In this document: positions 11,301-20,989 of the stretch, piece by piece | How the letters are laid out: each line of letters starts with the position of its first letter | Position numbering within the stretch: position 1 is the first letter of the stretch | NCBI GenBank assembly: GCA_010093995.1 | Contig: ML992504.1 | Span: 806,001-870,000, forward strand | DNA from: Elsinoe ampelina | Taxonomy: Eukaryota | DNA length: 64,000 nt | Reading direction: 5' to 3' | Program-made: the position numbers and the translations under genes | The notes under the pieces: generated by a model | What the model was told of the DNA's origin: nothing | What the model saw: only the letters and a program-made list of their open reading frames with translations | Databases searched by the model: none

Positions 11301-12734
11301 ATTTACAGGATATACCCAGGTCGAGAGAGCTGCTTCATTCAACTTGTGCTGTGTTGGGGGTTCCTGCTTTTCCATGATAGGTTTTGCGACTTTCTTAGCT
11401 TTTGTTTGCTGTGCATCCTTGGGTCCTGAAAGGCTGCCGTGTAAAGTCATTTGGCGATAGCCTGTTCCCAACCCGTTTGGATGCGCGACACGTTCCGGAA
11501 CATTGGTAGACCTGGCGAGCACGGGCGATTCTGGCTCTGGCGATGAGCAGAATGCATCGGATGGGAGATCAGCAAGCTCGTCTGCTATATCGAAGCAAGC
11601 CAGCTGATGTTCTGTAGATGCAGACGTGACGGTCGATCCGCTCTCTTTAGATACTGTGCGGGAGGAAGCGACTGAGATCATTGGCTGATGCAGGGTACCG
11701 CCACCACCTGGCCGTCCATCGAAGCTCACATCTTCAGCGAAGCCACTGCTTGGCCGAACAAAAGATGCAGCAGACTCAGCCAATCCGATCATTGAGGACT
11801 CGCCAACATGTCGATGCTTCGCAGGAGTAGCAGAGATCGCATGTCTAGTCGGCGACCCCGAATTCTTCTTCGCTGAGCCTATCGAGCCGGTCTTGCTGAT
11901 TGGTTCACGATTGGTTGTACCCCTTAGGTCTTTTGCTGCAGGTGTGAGACTGCCAGCGCGACTCATCCCGATGCCATCGTTTTCCAACGCGGGCGAATCG
12001 CGACTGTCATTGCCGGGCGCTCTGGTTGCGGGCTTTGCAATCGCATCGGTGCTCGGAGCCAGATTCTCTCGACGACTCAGGGCGATATTGTTGAAGCTGA
12101 CTGGCTTGACAGCGAGAACGGAAGGTTGACTGAATTGTGGCTTGGGCTCACTGAATTTGGGGATAGGCACCGGTGGTTTGGTGATGGGTCGTGGTGCAGG
12201 TACAGCTGGAAGTGGTCTCTGGATCCAGATGGGTCCACGGATGCTGTCAGGATCTGATGAAGGGGGGATCTGAGATCCAGAGATGAAGCGATCTATCAGT
12301 AGCGTAGAGTCCGTAGGTTCATGTATGCGATGTTTCGGCTTCTTCTGCTTTGGGAGATCTTCTTCATCATAATCAACCACCCTGATTGCTCGTGGCAGTG
12401 CCTTCACTTTCGATACAGGCTCGAAAGCGTCATCGCTGATGTCTGAAGGAGGGCTCGTAGTTCGCTGCTTAGACTTCTTCGGTTTCGGAGTCCTTGCTCG
12501 ACGATCAGATGCGGTGCATGTTCCACTAGAAACGCTGGCAGATCTGGCCTTCGAGGTGCGCTTCTTTGCGGGCCTGAGTGGGGCATCGCTGTCGCTCGCG
12601 CCATCCTGAGGGACTACGTTCGCATTCTTCTTGGGCCTGCCAGGTTTTCGTTTTGGTCCTCCAGCGGCAGAGGTCGCCTTTGTGGCGGATTTCGCTACAC
12701 GTCGTCGTTTTGCAGGTCTTGGTGATTCATCCAT
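8328..12734 (-). CDS. MPH1: ATP-dependent DNA helicase Mph1/FANCM
   Basis: RDYQ, ALPTGLGKT, DEAH, LTATPG, ATSIGEEGLDIGEVD and QRMGRTGRKR motifs. First in-frame ATG at 12734 (the ORF track starts at a GTG). Confidence 0.93.
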   Translation of the reverse strand: MDESPRPAKRRRVAKSATKATSAAGGPKRKPGRPKKNANVVPQDGASDSDAPLRPAKKRTSKARSASVSSGTCTASDRRARTPKPKKSKQRTTSPPSDISDDAFEPVSKVKALPRAIRVVDYDEEDLPKQKKPKHRIHEPTDSTLLIDRFISGSQIPPSSDPDSIRGPIWIQRPLPAVPAPRPITKPPVPIPKFSEPKPQFSQPSVLAVKPVSFNNIALSRRENLAPSTDAIAKPATRAPGNDSRDSPALENDGIGMSRAGSLTPAAKDLRGTTNREPISKTGSIGSAKKNSGSPTRHAISATPAKHRHVGESSMIGLAESAASFVRPSSGFAEDVSFDGRPGGGGTLHQPMISVASSRTVSKESGSTVTSASTEHQLACFDIADELADLPSDAFCSSPEPESPVLARSTNVPERVAHPNGLGTGYRQMTLHGSLSGPKDAQQTKAKKVAKPIMEKQEPPTQHKLNEAALSTWVYPVNLGTVRDYQYNIVQAGMFKNLLVALPTGLGKTFIAATIMLNWFRWTKDAQIIFVAPTKPLVAQQIEACFQTVGIPRSETAMLTGEVGKTTREDAWKEKRVFFCTPQTVEIDLSNGACDPKRIVLLVIDEAHRATGKYAYVKIVSILRRYNQSFRVLALTATPGKDVQTVQGIIDNLDIAKTEIRSETSMDIRSYVHSRDLETFSFGFSDEQEMIMDLFSKALQSNLDKLKSQNATWMTNPRKISAFGLTQACRQWMASEAGKNASQGLKGMIRNCFQVLASLAHAMTMIKFHGIGPFYRKIIAWRNEMDGTGRSTKAAKEVRENPNFDKMCNFISTWIKNPDFVGHPKLEHLRSVILNHFLDRGETGLPGAPSATRVMVFAQYRDSAEEICRVLRRNEPMIRPRVFVGQAHADGSVGMNQKAQLEAINQFKAGTFNTLVATSIGEEGLDIGEVDLIVCYDASASPIRMLQRMGRTGRKRQGNIVLLLMKEKEEADFASSKDNYEKMQGMIEDGKYFQYHDDRSPRILPKGIKPVVDKRVVEIPTENSQADLPIPRKSRARTKKAPKKFHMPDNVITGFVKASRVRGDGSEAEISGLEDNAARPKKTGKRKSLVRTKSNVSLPRPEPEAIPLPFLDDVLLNRMQERELERKYQSVASAKEAAVVQAPMPEKNLAGFQRPCPVVKVQHSRLATSVALMLDTMHNTDGSATEYFNEHLHMSDIEDPTLAEHLYGDPNIDHFPEPEADLSAEDAANAESDSDTLSAAPVPPPKKRGRPAKPKTPAAPKRKAPAKATAAPKPRASAAKGRGRPALQRNSSAMEAASSSPPPTPADMRLPSQGIALGEEDTSGDDAPEGTNDWMHDSDLDGFVVGSDEEIEFASSSLPYVRGDSTPGVKKATKQAKKGRTLGGAKSAAAKARDKRKELEKEKMNGGRGELSKEFIYDSDEEDEIDVDAEESDDMIMFDPAANEGISATKARGRRRVIESSSEESDDE

Positions 12735-13209
12735 ATTCCCGGTCGCATTGGGCACGACTTCATCGGATGTCGTGGTCCAGGGACATGTCTGTCGTCCTGT
12801 CTGTCACCAAATCGCCACTGTCCAAGTGACGGCCTTGAGAAATCAATCAGAGGAAGACGCGCCTGGACGCGTGCGGCAGGCCCCACTCATTGGTCTTGGC
12901 ACCACTTTCGCAATCGACAACACTGATGGACACTTCAGGTCTTCTTCTGTTCATTGTTTTCGATCAAGTACGAGCTCATCGCGATCATCAAATCAGCACA
13001 CAAACGTCTGTCTCTTCATGTTCTTCGTAATTGTGTATAGCTTCGCACGACAAGAGGAGCCATTTTGTATTCGCTTTGCCCCGTCTGACTTCTCCGCACT
13101 CAAATGAGATCATGGTCTGGAACAGCTTGTTGAATTGGTAATCATGCTTTTGCATTCCAAGTACATTCCAACGCTGCTTCACCTTGAGAAGCTTCTCTGA
13201 AACGAAATC

Positions 13210-13809
13210 ATGGCTAATCTGACTGGTGATCCAAAGCAGCATGAAGATGAGAAGTTCAGGGATTCGCTGAGTGGCCATTGTCTGTGTGGATCGATCAATG
13301 TGACGATCAATGACAAGGAGCTCTTCTCTCGACCGAGAGGGCACCTTTGCCACTGCTGGAATTGCCGAAAGGTAGCAATTTCGAAACGATGGACTCATTG
13401 ATACTCAGGAATACTTATAGTGTCAGGTCGCGGGGTCATTTGTGGCGTCCAACCTGATCATCGAGGAGGACAAGGTGGACATAGTCGACCGAGATGGCAC
13501 CCTCAAGGAATTCACCGACAAGGATACTGGCAGTGGTAAACCGCTGGGCCGCTTCTTCTGCAGCACATGTGGCAAGTATGAAATGCCCCGCAGCTTCAGA
13601 CTCTACAATCCTCAACTGACATGTGCAGTCCAATCAAGTCTGTGACACCAAATTACCCTGGAAGGGTCATCATCAAGATGGGTATGTTTCCTAGGATCCC
13701 AAAGCCAGAGGCAGAGACATTCGGGCTCCACAAGCATGAATGGGAGGGGAAGCATGAGGGTTTGGATATATATAAGATCAAACTTTTTGCCGACAAGATG
13801 GACGAGTAG
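13210..13809 (+). CDS. GFA/Mss4-like (CENP-V family) zinc-binding protein; introns 13372-13426 and 13576-13628
   Basis: Spliced protein GHCLCGSI...CHCWNCRKVAGS...RFFCSTCGNPI, the CxC/CHCxxC/FCxxCG pattern of the GFA family. Confidence 0.88.
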
Positions 13810-14791
13810 TGCCCCCAATCGAGCAGTAGTCTCGGAAGGCAATCCATCGAATTCAACATGGTCTCCTGTTGCTCAGTCAAGCTCAAGATTTGCCTTCAAT
13901 CTCTTCAAGACATGTGACGATGTTCGTCGATGGCAGGTCTAGCTTCGCCTCAGTCTCAAGCTGTACCATGTCTCAAGCCTTGGGTTGTCTGGGAGCCGTT
14001 CCACCGGAATCGACCCAGCGCTGGGAACAGGAGTTCACCGTTGGCTGTTGCAATCTTGATGACGTTGTCAGCAAATAGCTTTTCGAACGTCAAAAAGCTC
14101 AGGAGCTTCCACAAAGGACCAAAAGCAAGAGCTGCACCACGAACGAATGGACGAACACGAACACGAGCAAGAGGAGATGAGCTTGCCAAAGTGCAGCAGT
14201 GATTGGCGGTTTGACAGCGCTATTTGTTCCCGCCCAGACGCGGAGTCAACCCTCATTGGCCCGCAGGATCCCCGATCGAGCATGGCTTCGTACAAGACAG
14301 AGTCTGTGCGGAATGCCCTTTTTCTCTTGCCGAGATGTGTCGCAGGTTGGGACTGTCTGGTAGATGCTTTACTCCGCATACTAAACGACCACTCAATTTT
14401 TGATCTGATGAAGGGACCATTATGGAAGCAAAGTCAGCAGTGGCATGCCCAAAAGACATCCATTCTTTGTTGTTGCGGCTCGAGCGGGATGTGGGTCGTG
14501 TGCAGGAATAGCGGCATGAAATCCGGGGTTGTGATGAAAATCCAAGCAGAGCCGTGCTAGCGTGGTGCGGGCTACACTAGAGAGATGAAGTAAATAAAAT
14601 TGGTACCTCTTCCCTCTACTTCCACACTCTGCTGTCTCAGGTCTTTTCCGTACACTCACTCGTCGACAATCGTTTTAAAACTCTTCGACTTCTTCTCTAC
14701 ATTCGTTGAACCTTCGCATTCTGATAATATCACTAATACTACAACCCTTTCACCACCAATACCCAATTATAAACACCACCCGTCAACCACA

Positions 14792-15467
14792 ATGAAGTTC
14801 ACTCTTATGCTCGCCGGCCTTGTTGGCCTTGCCGTTGCTCAGTCTGCCTCCGGCACTGAGACCACTGCTTCAACCACCTCCTCCGTCTCCCTCACTCCTG
14901 CTCAGACCTGCTTGGCTGGATGTAAGTGCCCCCAATCCGCAGAGGCTACCTCGCCCTGTTGCGCGCGCGTCACGCGACCGCAAACTACACACTCAACTGA
15001 ACAAGGTTGACTGACAACTTATAGGCGGTGCCGGCGATGTCAACTGCCAGGCTGCATGCCTCGGCAACCCCTACCCCAACGAGGCCCAGATCAACGCTAC
15101 CACCGAGTGCTCCATGAACTGCGTCCAGGGCAATGGCACCCAGGAGGAGACTGAGGCCTACGGACGCTGCCTCGAGCAGTGCAGAGCCAGCTACTTCATC
15201 AGCACCGGTACCAACTTTGTCGGTGCCAACCCGACTGGTGCTGCCAGCTCTTCTGGTTCTTCTGGCCCAGCCTCGGGCTCTGCCTCCGCCACTGGTGCCG
15301 TCTCCAGCGCTTCTGGATCCGCTGCCTCTGCCGCTTCTGGTGCATCTTCCACTGCGTCTGGCGCGGCTTCAAGCTCTTCCGGCGCTGCTAGCTCTGATCT
15401 CACCATGCAGCTCAGCACTCCTTTCGCTGGTCTGGTCGCTTTTATCATCGCGGCTGTCGCTTTGTAA
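14792..15467 (+). CDS. Small secreted Cys-rich, Ser/Ala-rich, probably GPI-anchored cell-wall protein; intron 14922-15024
   Basis: Signal peptide MKFTLMLAGLVGLAVAQ, 8-Cys domain (CLAGC...NCQAAC...ECSMNC...RCLEQC), S/A/G-rich stalk and hydrophobic C-terminus; C-ending codon bias suggests high expression. Confidence 0.85.
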
Positions 15468-15998
15468 GGAGATGGAGAGACGAGTTACGATGCACACTCT
15501 TTTGGGCCCGGTAGCTGTCGAGTAACAGCTGGCGGCTGCGGGCGGGATCTTTTGTTGTTTATACCATTATAATCGTAGTACAGTCTCTGTCAATGCGAAG
15601 ATTTGAAAAGTTTATGCTTTGACCTTGGTCTCGTGTTCGTGTTTTAGTCTGATCCTTTCGAAGGAACCTCAAGCATGAGAACGTGTGTGTGAATCTATTG
15701 TGTGCGAATCTGAGATGTGACAGCTGCAGTCCACCAGACCTGCTGCACAGCTTCACCCCGACTTATACTTGGCGCCTGCACCTCCAATTGCAACGAACAA
15801 CCTTTCGCGATCCAGTACTGCTCCTTGCCGATACAAGAATCAGCAAGCTGCTGCAGTCATACAGCAGACTCATCTCCAGCATTGCAATTCCAGCAGTGAA
15901 CCCGTTTCCAGCGCGGCTTCCACCACCAACCCGCAACCTCACCTCCACACCCCCTCCAACCACCACCCCTTCCCACACCCACCCACCACCCACCAACA

Positions 15999-16799
15999 AT
16001 GGCCGACCAATTCGACTCAGCCCTCGATCTCCTCCGCCGACTCCCCCCCTCCCGCACCGCCGAAAACCTGCACGCCATCACCCGCCTCGTCCCCGCCCAC
16101 GAAGAATCCCTGCTCGCCTCGGTCGACGTCCCCCTCACCGTCTCCCGCTGCCCAAAGACCGGCCGCGACTACCTCCTCTGCGACTACAACCGCGACGGCG
16201 ACAGCTACCGCTCGCCATGGAGCAACGAATTCCACCCGGCGCTGGACGACGCCGAGCTGCCCAGCGAGCGAATCAGGAAGATGGAGGTCAGGCTGAACGA
16301 GGGCGTGGATGTGTACCGCGAGCTATATTTTGAGGGGGGCGTGGGGAGCGCTTATCTCTGGGGTTTGGAGGATGGGTTTGCGGGGGTTGTGTTGCTGAAG
16401 AAGGATGGGGGGAAGGGGCAGGGGACGAAAGGGGGGTGGGATAGTATTCATGTGTTGGAGGTGGTGGAGAGGGGGAGGAGTAGTAGGTATAAGCTTACGA
16501 GTACGGTGATTCTTGGGTTGGGGATCGAGGGGGAGGCGTTGGGGAAGGTGGATTTGAGTGGGAATATGACCAGGCAGGTCGAGCAGGATATGGTGGTTGA
16601 AGGCGGGGATGAGGGGCATGTGGTTAATATTGGGAAGATGGTCGAGGACATGGAGAGTAAGATGAGGAATTTGTTGCAGGAGGTGTATTTTGGGAAGGCC
16701 AAGGATGTGGTGGGTGATTTGAGGAGTATAGCGCCTTTGTCGGAGGCGGCGAGGGATAGGGCGCAGCAGAAGGAGATGATTAACAGTATGCAGAAGTGA
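15999..16799 (+). CDS. CAP2: F-actin capping protein beta subunit
   Basis: ALDLLRRLPP, DYLLCDYNRDGDSYRSPWSN, WDSIHV, YKLTSTV, NLLQEVYFGKAKDVV. Confidence 0.96.
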   Translation: MADQFDSALDLLRRLPPSRTAENLHAITRLVPAHEESLLASVDVPLTVSRCPKTGRDYLLCDYNRDGDSYRSPWSNEFHPALDDAELPSERIRKMEVRLNEGVDVYRELYFEGGVGSAYLWGLEDGFAGVVLLKKDGGKGQGTKGGWDSIHVLEVVERGRSSRYKLTSTVILGLGIEGEALGKVDLSGNMTRQVEQDMVVEGGDEGHVVNIGKMVEDMESKMRNLLQEVYFGKAKDVVGDLRSIAPLSEAARDRAQQKEMINSMQK

Positions 16800-16994
16800 G
16801 GGAGGGAACTGCTGCAGGACGAGATCAAGGTGGGCTTCGAGGTCAGTCGGTCTTAGCGAACGTGATAGACAAAATTACAGTGCCCATGCTCTTGCCATTT
16901 TGTACACATGATACCTATTGCTGCAGAGTATTCTCTGTGCGCAGGCTGTTAAGACAATATCACTGCGATCATTGGATATTCCTGCAGCTAGGAC

Positions 16995-17953
16995 TCACTG
17001 CTTGACCCAAGGTATCCCAAGCTTGTGCATCTCCACTGCCAATTGGAAGATGTAGTCAAGACTATACAAAGTTAGCACAGCAACACATTCTACCGAACCT
17101 CTGTTCTTGCCTTTCGCACTGCGTCTTCGCCTGAGCAACATCCTTGCCCCAAACATATCTGAAGACCATCAGTGCCTCCTCAACCATGACCCGTCTATAC
17201 AATACTCACATGCCGTGCCTCTTCACCAACACAGCATACGTATCAGGCCACTCCCTGATCGCCCCCTCGAGCGTATCCCTCAAGTCCTCCTCTCTCGCAG
17301 TGTTCTCGATGATCGGTATCCGTAGCGTATCATAGTACCCCAGATTACCAGCCTTCTCAGGCCCGTACCCTCGCGGGATACCCTTGATCTGCTCCAAGGT
17401 AGATATGGAGAAGACATTTGGCTCTGACGTCCGCTCGCAGAGGAGAGTCACCAGTACGGCCCATTGCGAGTGGGTGTGGATACAGCAGCCTGCGTTCCTC
17501 ATGGTGAAGGCGGCGAGGAAGAGGGGGGTGCATGCTGAGGGCTTGAGGTTCTGGTGGGAGTGAGATACAGGCACGGGGGTAGCAACGGATGGGAATGGAT
17601 GTTATCATAGAATAGAGCAGAGGGACGTACCACAGGGCGACGGAGGTAGTCGTTTGATTCGTAGTCCATGACAAACATATCCGTCGGTTTCATCAATTCC
17701 TTCTGCACGCCTGAAGGGGCGATGTATAGCTTGTCCTCATGACGGATAGATGTGCCGCCACCAGTGCCAGTGACCTGTCAGCTATGTCAGTTACTGCCGT
17801 ACCAACCTACTGTACAGATCGGCGCTGTCCTGGCGCCACGGGAAGACCTACCCAGCCAAGTGTATAGAACTTGCGGCAAAGTTCGCAAATCAAATTCGCA
17901 GGATGGTTTGGATCATGAGACGTGACTAGTGCTTCTGCATCACTCGCGGCCAT
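16995..17953 (-). CDS. MDE1: Methylthioribulose-1-phosphate dehydratase (methionine salvage), multi-exon
   Basis: [30 protein letters not shown]...APSGVQKE...SACTPLF...CIHTHS...LVKRHG|IYVWG...[11 protein letters not shown]. The exact stop is slightly uncertain because a GTGAGT overlaps the TGA. Confidence 0.93.
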
Positions 17954-18252
17954 TCTGCCAGCTCGAACAGGCTCACTAGCCTTTGTCTCTGAGGAGGATA
18001 AGGCCGGCTTTCAAGGTTTGCCAGATTTCAACCCACGTGGTGAGCAATCTTCGGTCAGTTCCTGACTTTCACTTTTACTGCTAAATCCAGGGAGCGAGTC
18101 AAGCTCTAGTACCTACCAAGGAACGAGATGGCGCAGATAAACGTACTGTTGGAATTGTATAACTAGGCAAGCCCTGATGGGCGAGTTCTTGACATTTGCT
18201 ACAACGCGAGCAAATCTTCCTTCGCCAACCACGGCTTCATTCTTGATGGAAA

Positions 18253-18260
18253 TTATATAA
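18253..18260 (+). promoter_or_regulatory. TATA element upstream of the tRNA-Ile gene
   Basis: TTATATAA about 30-35 nt upstream of the mature tRNA 5' end, the position of TATA elements at fungal Pol III genes. Confidence 0.55.
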
Positions 18261-18315
18261 TTTTAAGCTGGATAGGCAGCCAGAAATCGGTCGATTAGCT
18301 CAGTTGGTTAGAGCG

Positions 18316-18365
18316 GTTCGTTAAACCTACTTTCAGTTCGAAAGCGGGCACTAATGATTCTCCAG
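18316..18365 (+). other. Spliceosomal-type intron (50 nt) in tRNA-Ile between nt 26 and 27
   Basis: 5' GTTCGT, branch ACTAAT (18350-18355), 3' TTCTCCAG; precise removal joins the D-arm to the anticodon stem. Confidence 0.85.
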
Positions 18366-18376
18366 TGGTGCTAATA

Positions 18377-18400
18377 TGACATGTATTCGTCAAGATGTTA
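18377..18400 (+). other. Canonical tRNA intron (24 nt) at position 37/38
   Basis: Insertion one nt 3' of the AAT anticodon with no GT-AG ends; removal restores the 7-nt loop CTAATAA. Confidence 0.88.
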
Positions 18401-18418
18401 ACGCCAAGGTCGCGAGTT

Positions 18419-18467
18419 GTATGTAGCCTTCATCCTCGCCCCTACTGCAGTGTCTAACAAATTCCAG
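18419..18467 (+). other. Spliceosomal-type intron (49 nt) in the tRNA-Ile T-loop between nt 55 and 56
   Basis: 5' GTATGT, branch CTAAC (18454-18458), 3' TTCCAG; precise removal restores GTT|CGA. Confidence 0.9.
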
Positions 18468-18492
18468 CGACCCTCGTATTGACCACTTGAAA

Positions 18493-18498
18493 TTTTTT
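18493..18498 (+). terminator. Pol III-type oligo(T) terminator of tRNA-Ile (second T10 run at 18530-18539)
   Basis: TTTTTT beginning 8 nt after the discriminator base. Confidence 0.7.
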
Positions 18499-19061
18499 GA
18501 ATCCGTTTCCATTTGAGGTAGAAATTTCGTTTTTTTTTTCAGGTAGATACGGTCGGTAGTATGTGAGCGACAGATACCGGGGCTTCATTTTTGCTTCTTT
18601 CATGGCTGGGTGTCAATTCAAGACCTAGAAAGCATGTACTACGTATCTATACCGCAGAGAGAAGCATCTGGGACAAACAAATGGGTTTTTAATGGTCTTT
18701 TCTCATAGGTAAATAATCCTGATAATAGGACAACCGTCGGCAACTTGATGGGTCCAATACTATGAAACATATATCACGAGCAACACGATTTGCTACTCAA
18801 CGTCCTCAAGTCGTTTGTGACATATTTCCTACCGCATAGATTACAATTTTGTGCTCCCGCTCAAGTAGGCTCAGCGCCTACCAGTAAGAAAGCAATACAC
18901 CAGCCCCATTCATATCCCTTGTCATTTCATACAACTGCTCATGCCCTTCCCAGTCGACACTCTGTTTCCCATCACTTCCCGCCCGCTATGTACCCACCAG
19001 CCCGAGCACTGCTCTTGACCAGTCATCCTCCACCCTGTAGCCTCTTCCATGGACGCCACCC

Positions 19062-20989
19062 CTATGCCGCCACTGGCTCGGATGTAGCTGGCGCCTCAGT
19101 CTTCTCGGCCTCTCCATCAGCCTTTACCTCCTCAGCGGCTCCCTCCTTTGTCTCCTCGGGCTTCTCCGTCTTAGGCTCGACGACACTTGAGTCCACCATA
19201 GACACATCTGCTTCGTCTCCAGCGTCGTTACCAGGGTTCGTGGCTTCGACTGGCGCCTCAGCTGGCTCCTTCACTTCAGCCTTCTCCTCGGCTGCTGCCC
19301 CTTTCTCACCATTCTCTTTCGCAGGCTCGTCCAACTTCTTCTCGCCGTTTGTGGCAGGCTTGGCCTCGCTCTTGCTCTCCGCTGGTGCATTGAGTGCATC
19401 GGACCAGTGATCAAGCATCGCGGACGACCGCTTCTTGAAGTCGTACTTTTCGTCTTGTGGGATGTTGTCGAGACGGAGGATGTTCTTCAAGACCTTGTGG
19501 ATCTTGGTGTTGCGGATGATGGATCCTTCGAGGTTGGTCTGCTTCTCCAGCTCCCTGAAAAATTCGTCCATCTGAGGCATCTCGTCGTCCTTGGGTGGCG
19601 TGTCGTTGGAGAGGAAGCCCTTCTGAAGACGATGGCGGAGATAGAAGACTATCACTGTCAGCGCCTCTTCTCATGATGCAATCCTGATGTACTTACTAGC
19701 TTTCTCGCGGCGCTCCAACCTTACTTCTTCGGGCAGATCTTCCTCCTCGACCTTCTCTGCCTTCTTCTTGGGCTTGCTCTTCTTCGTCGACTCGGCCTTT
19801 GGCTCCTTCGTGCTCAACTTGACCTTGGGAGTCTTCTTCGGCTGAGACAAGTCAGTGGAACCGTCTGGATCACAGAGACGGGAATCATACCTTTGGTCCT
19901 TCACCCTCGCTCTCAGCCTCCTTCTTGCGCTTCTTGGTGGGCTTGTCCTCATCGACGTCCATGGCATCGTCATCTGCTACCTTGCTCTTTCGGCGCTCCT
20001 TCTCTGCTTTGCGCGCCTCCTTCTCCTCCTTCTCGGCCTGCTTGCGCTCAAACTCCTCGCGCTCGAGCTTCTCAATCTCCTTGACCTCTTCCTCGTGCTG
20101 GCGCAGAACGCTCTTGAAGTGGTCGAGATCGTGACCCTCTGAAGCGATTCGGTGGGCATCCTTGAGCGCGGGTTGCATCTTCTTCTCGCTGTTGAGGTTG
20201 ATTTCGCTAGGATCGAGCTTGGTAAGCGCCGTGTTGACCATCCAGGCACTGCACCGAATTAGTCAAGATTTGTGCGACATGCGTTCCTGTACCTACAATT
20301 CGTTGGTTGAGAAGAACATGACTGGGTATGTCCTGTCCTTTGCGTTCTTGCCGCCATCGAGGAAGTCCTCGCGGTAGGTACCATCGGGTCGTTTGGTGCT
20401 GACAGGGCGGCTGCCGAGTAGAGACTCTGGCAGCATCGACTCGTCGCAAACAATTGCTGGCCATGGCGGATGACCTTTCAGCCTCGCCCACACCAAATTG
20501 CCAGCGTCAAGATCAAGGTTCAAGTTGACCATAGACTTCTTCTTGTTGAGCTTCTTGCTCTTGTGTTCCGGAACACCGGTGGATGACTTCCTCTTTGAAT
20601 TCTTTCCCGCTGCTGGTGTGCTGTCGGCAGCTGCAGCTGCGGCTGCGACATCGACTTCTGCCTTGCCCTCGCCCTCAGGTGGGTTGACCTCTGTGGTGGC
20701 TTGCGGGCCGGCCTTGTCCACGTCATCGCTAGTCAATTTCGGCTCGCCATTGGTTTCCGCAGTCGCTGTATCGAATGTAAGTCCGAGTTCTGCTCCGACA
20801 ATCTTCAGAGGTAGCATACCAGAGGCATTGGCGCTTGGCTCAGAGGTTTCTTGCCGGGTCTCGGTTGAGTTTGCGGTGGCTGGAGGAGCCTCGGAACACT
20901 CAGTATACCACAAAGCAATTTCAGCCTATCTCATGACTCACCGTAGTCTCCTCGGCTGGCGCCGCTGGAGTGCTGGAAACGTCTGCCAT
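19062..20989 (-). CDS. PWWP-domain chromatin protein (Pdp3/Ioc4-like), multi-exon
   Basis: LVWARLKGHPPWPAIVCDESMLP...YPVMFFSTNE PWWP domain; C-terminal FYLRHRLQKGFL...TKIHKVLKNIL helical domain; first exon 20942-20989 ends at a GTGAGT donor. Confidence 0.85.

Larger units (their letters stand above)
18289..18485 (+). tRNA. tRNA-Ile(AAT): tRNA-Ile (anticodon AAT at 18373-18375) in four exons: 18289-18315, 18366-18376, 18401-18418, 18468-18485
   Basis: Joined exons give GGTCGATTAGCTCAGTTGGTTAGAGCGTGGTGCTAATAACGCCAAGGTCGCGAGTTCGACCCTCGTATTGACCA (74 nt). Acceptor stem GGTCGAT/ATTGACC, D-stem GCTC/GAGC, anticodon stem TGGTG/CGCCA, T-stem GCGAG/CTCGT, T-loop TTCGACC, discriminator A73. Confidence 0.93.

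Noticed and set aside
18445..18450. Alternative CAG acceptor inside tRNA intron 3
   Set aside because: It lies upstream of the CTAAC branch point and would leave 17 extra nt in the T-loop.
18289..18485. Reading the tRNA locus as a degraded pseudogene or SINE-like remnant
   Set aside because: All four stems and the invariant bases are intact after splicing, and two insertions carry complete splice signals at exact boundaries; random decay would not give this. Expression is still unproven.
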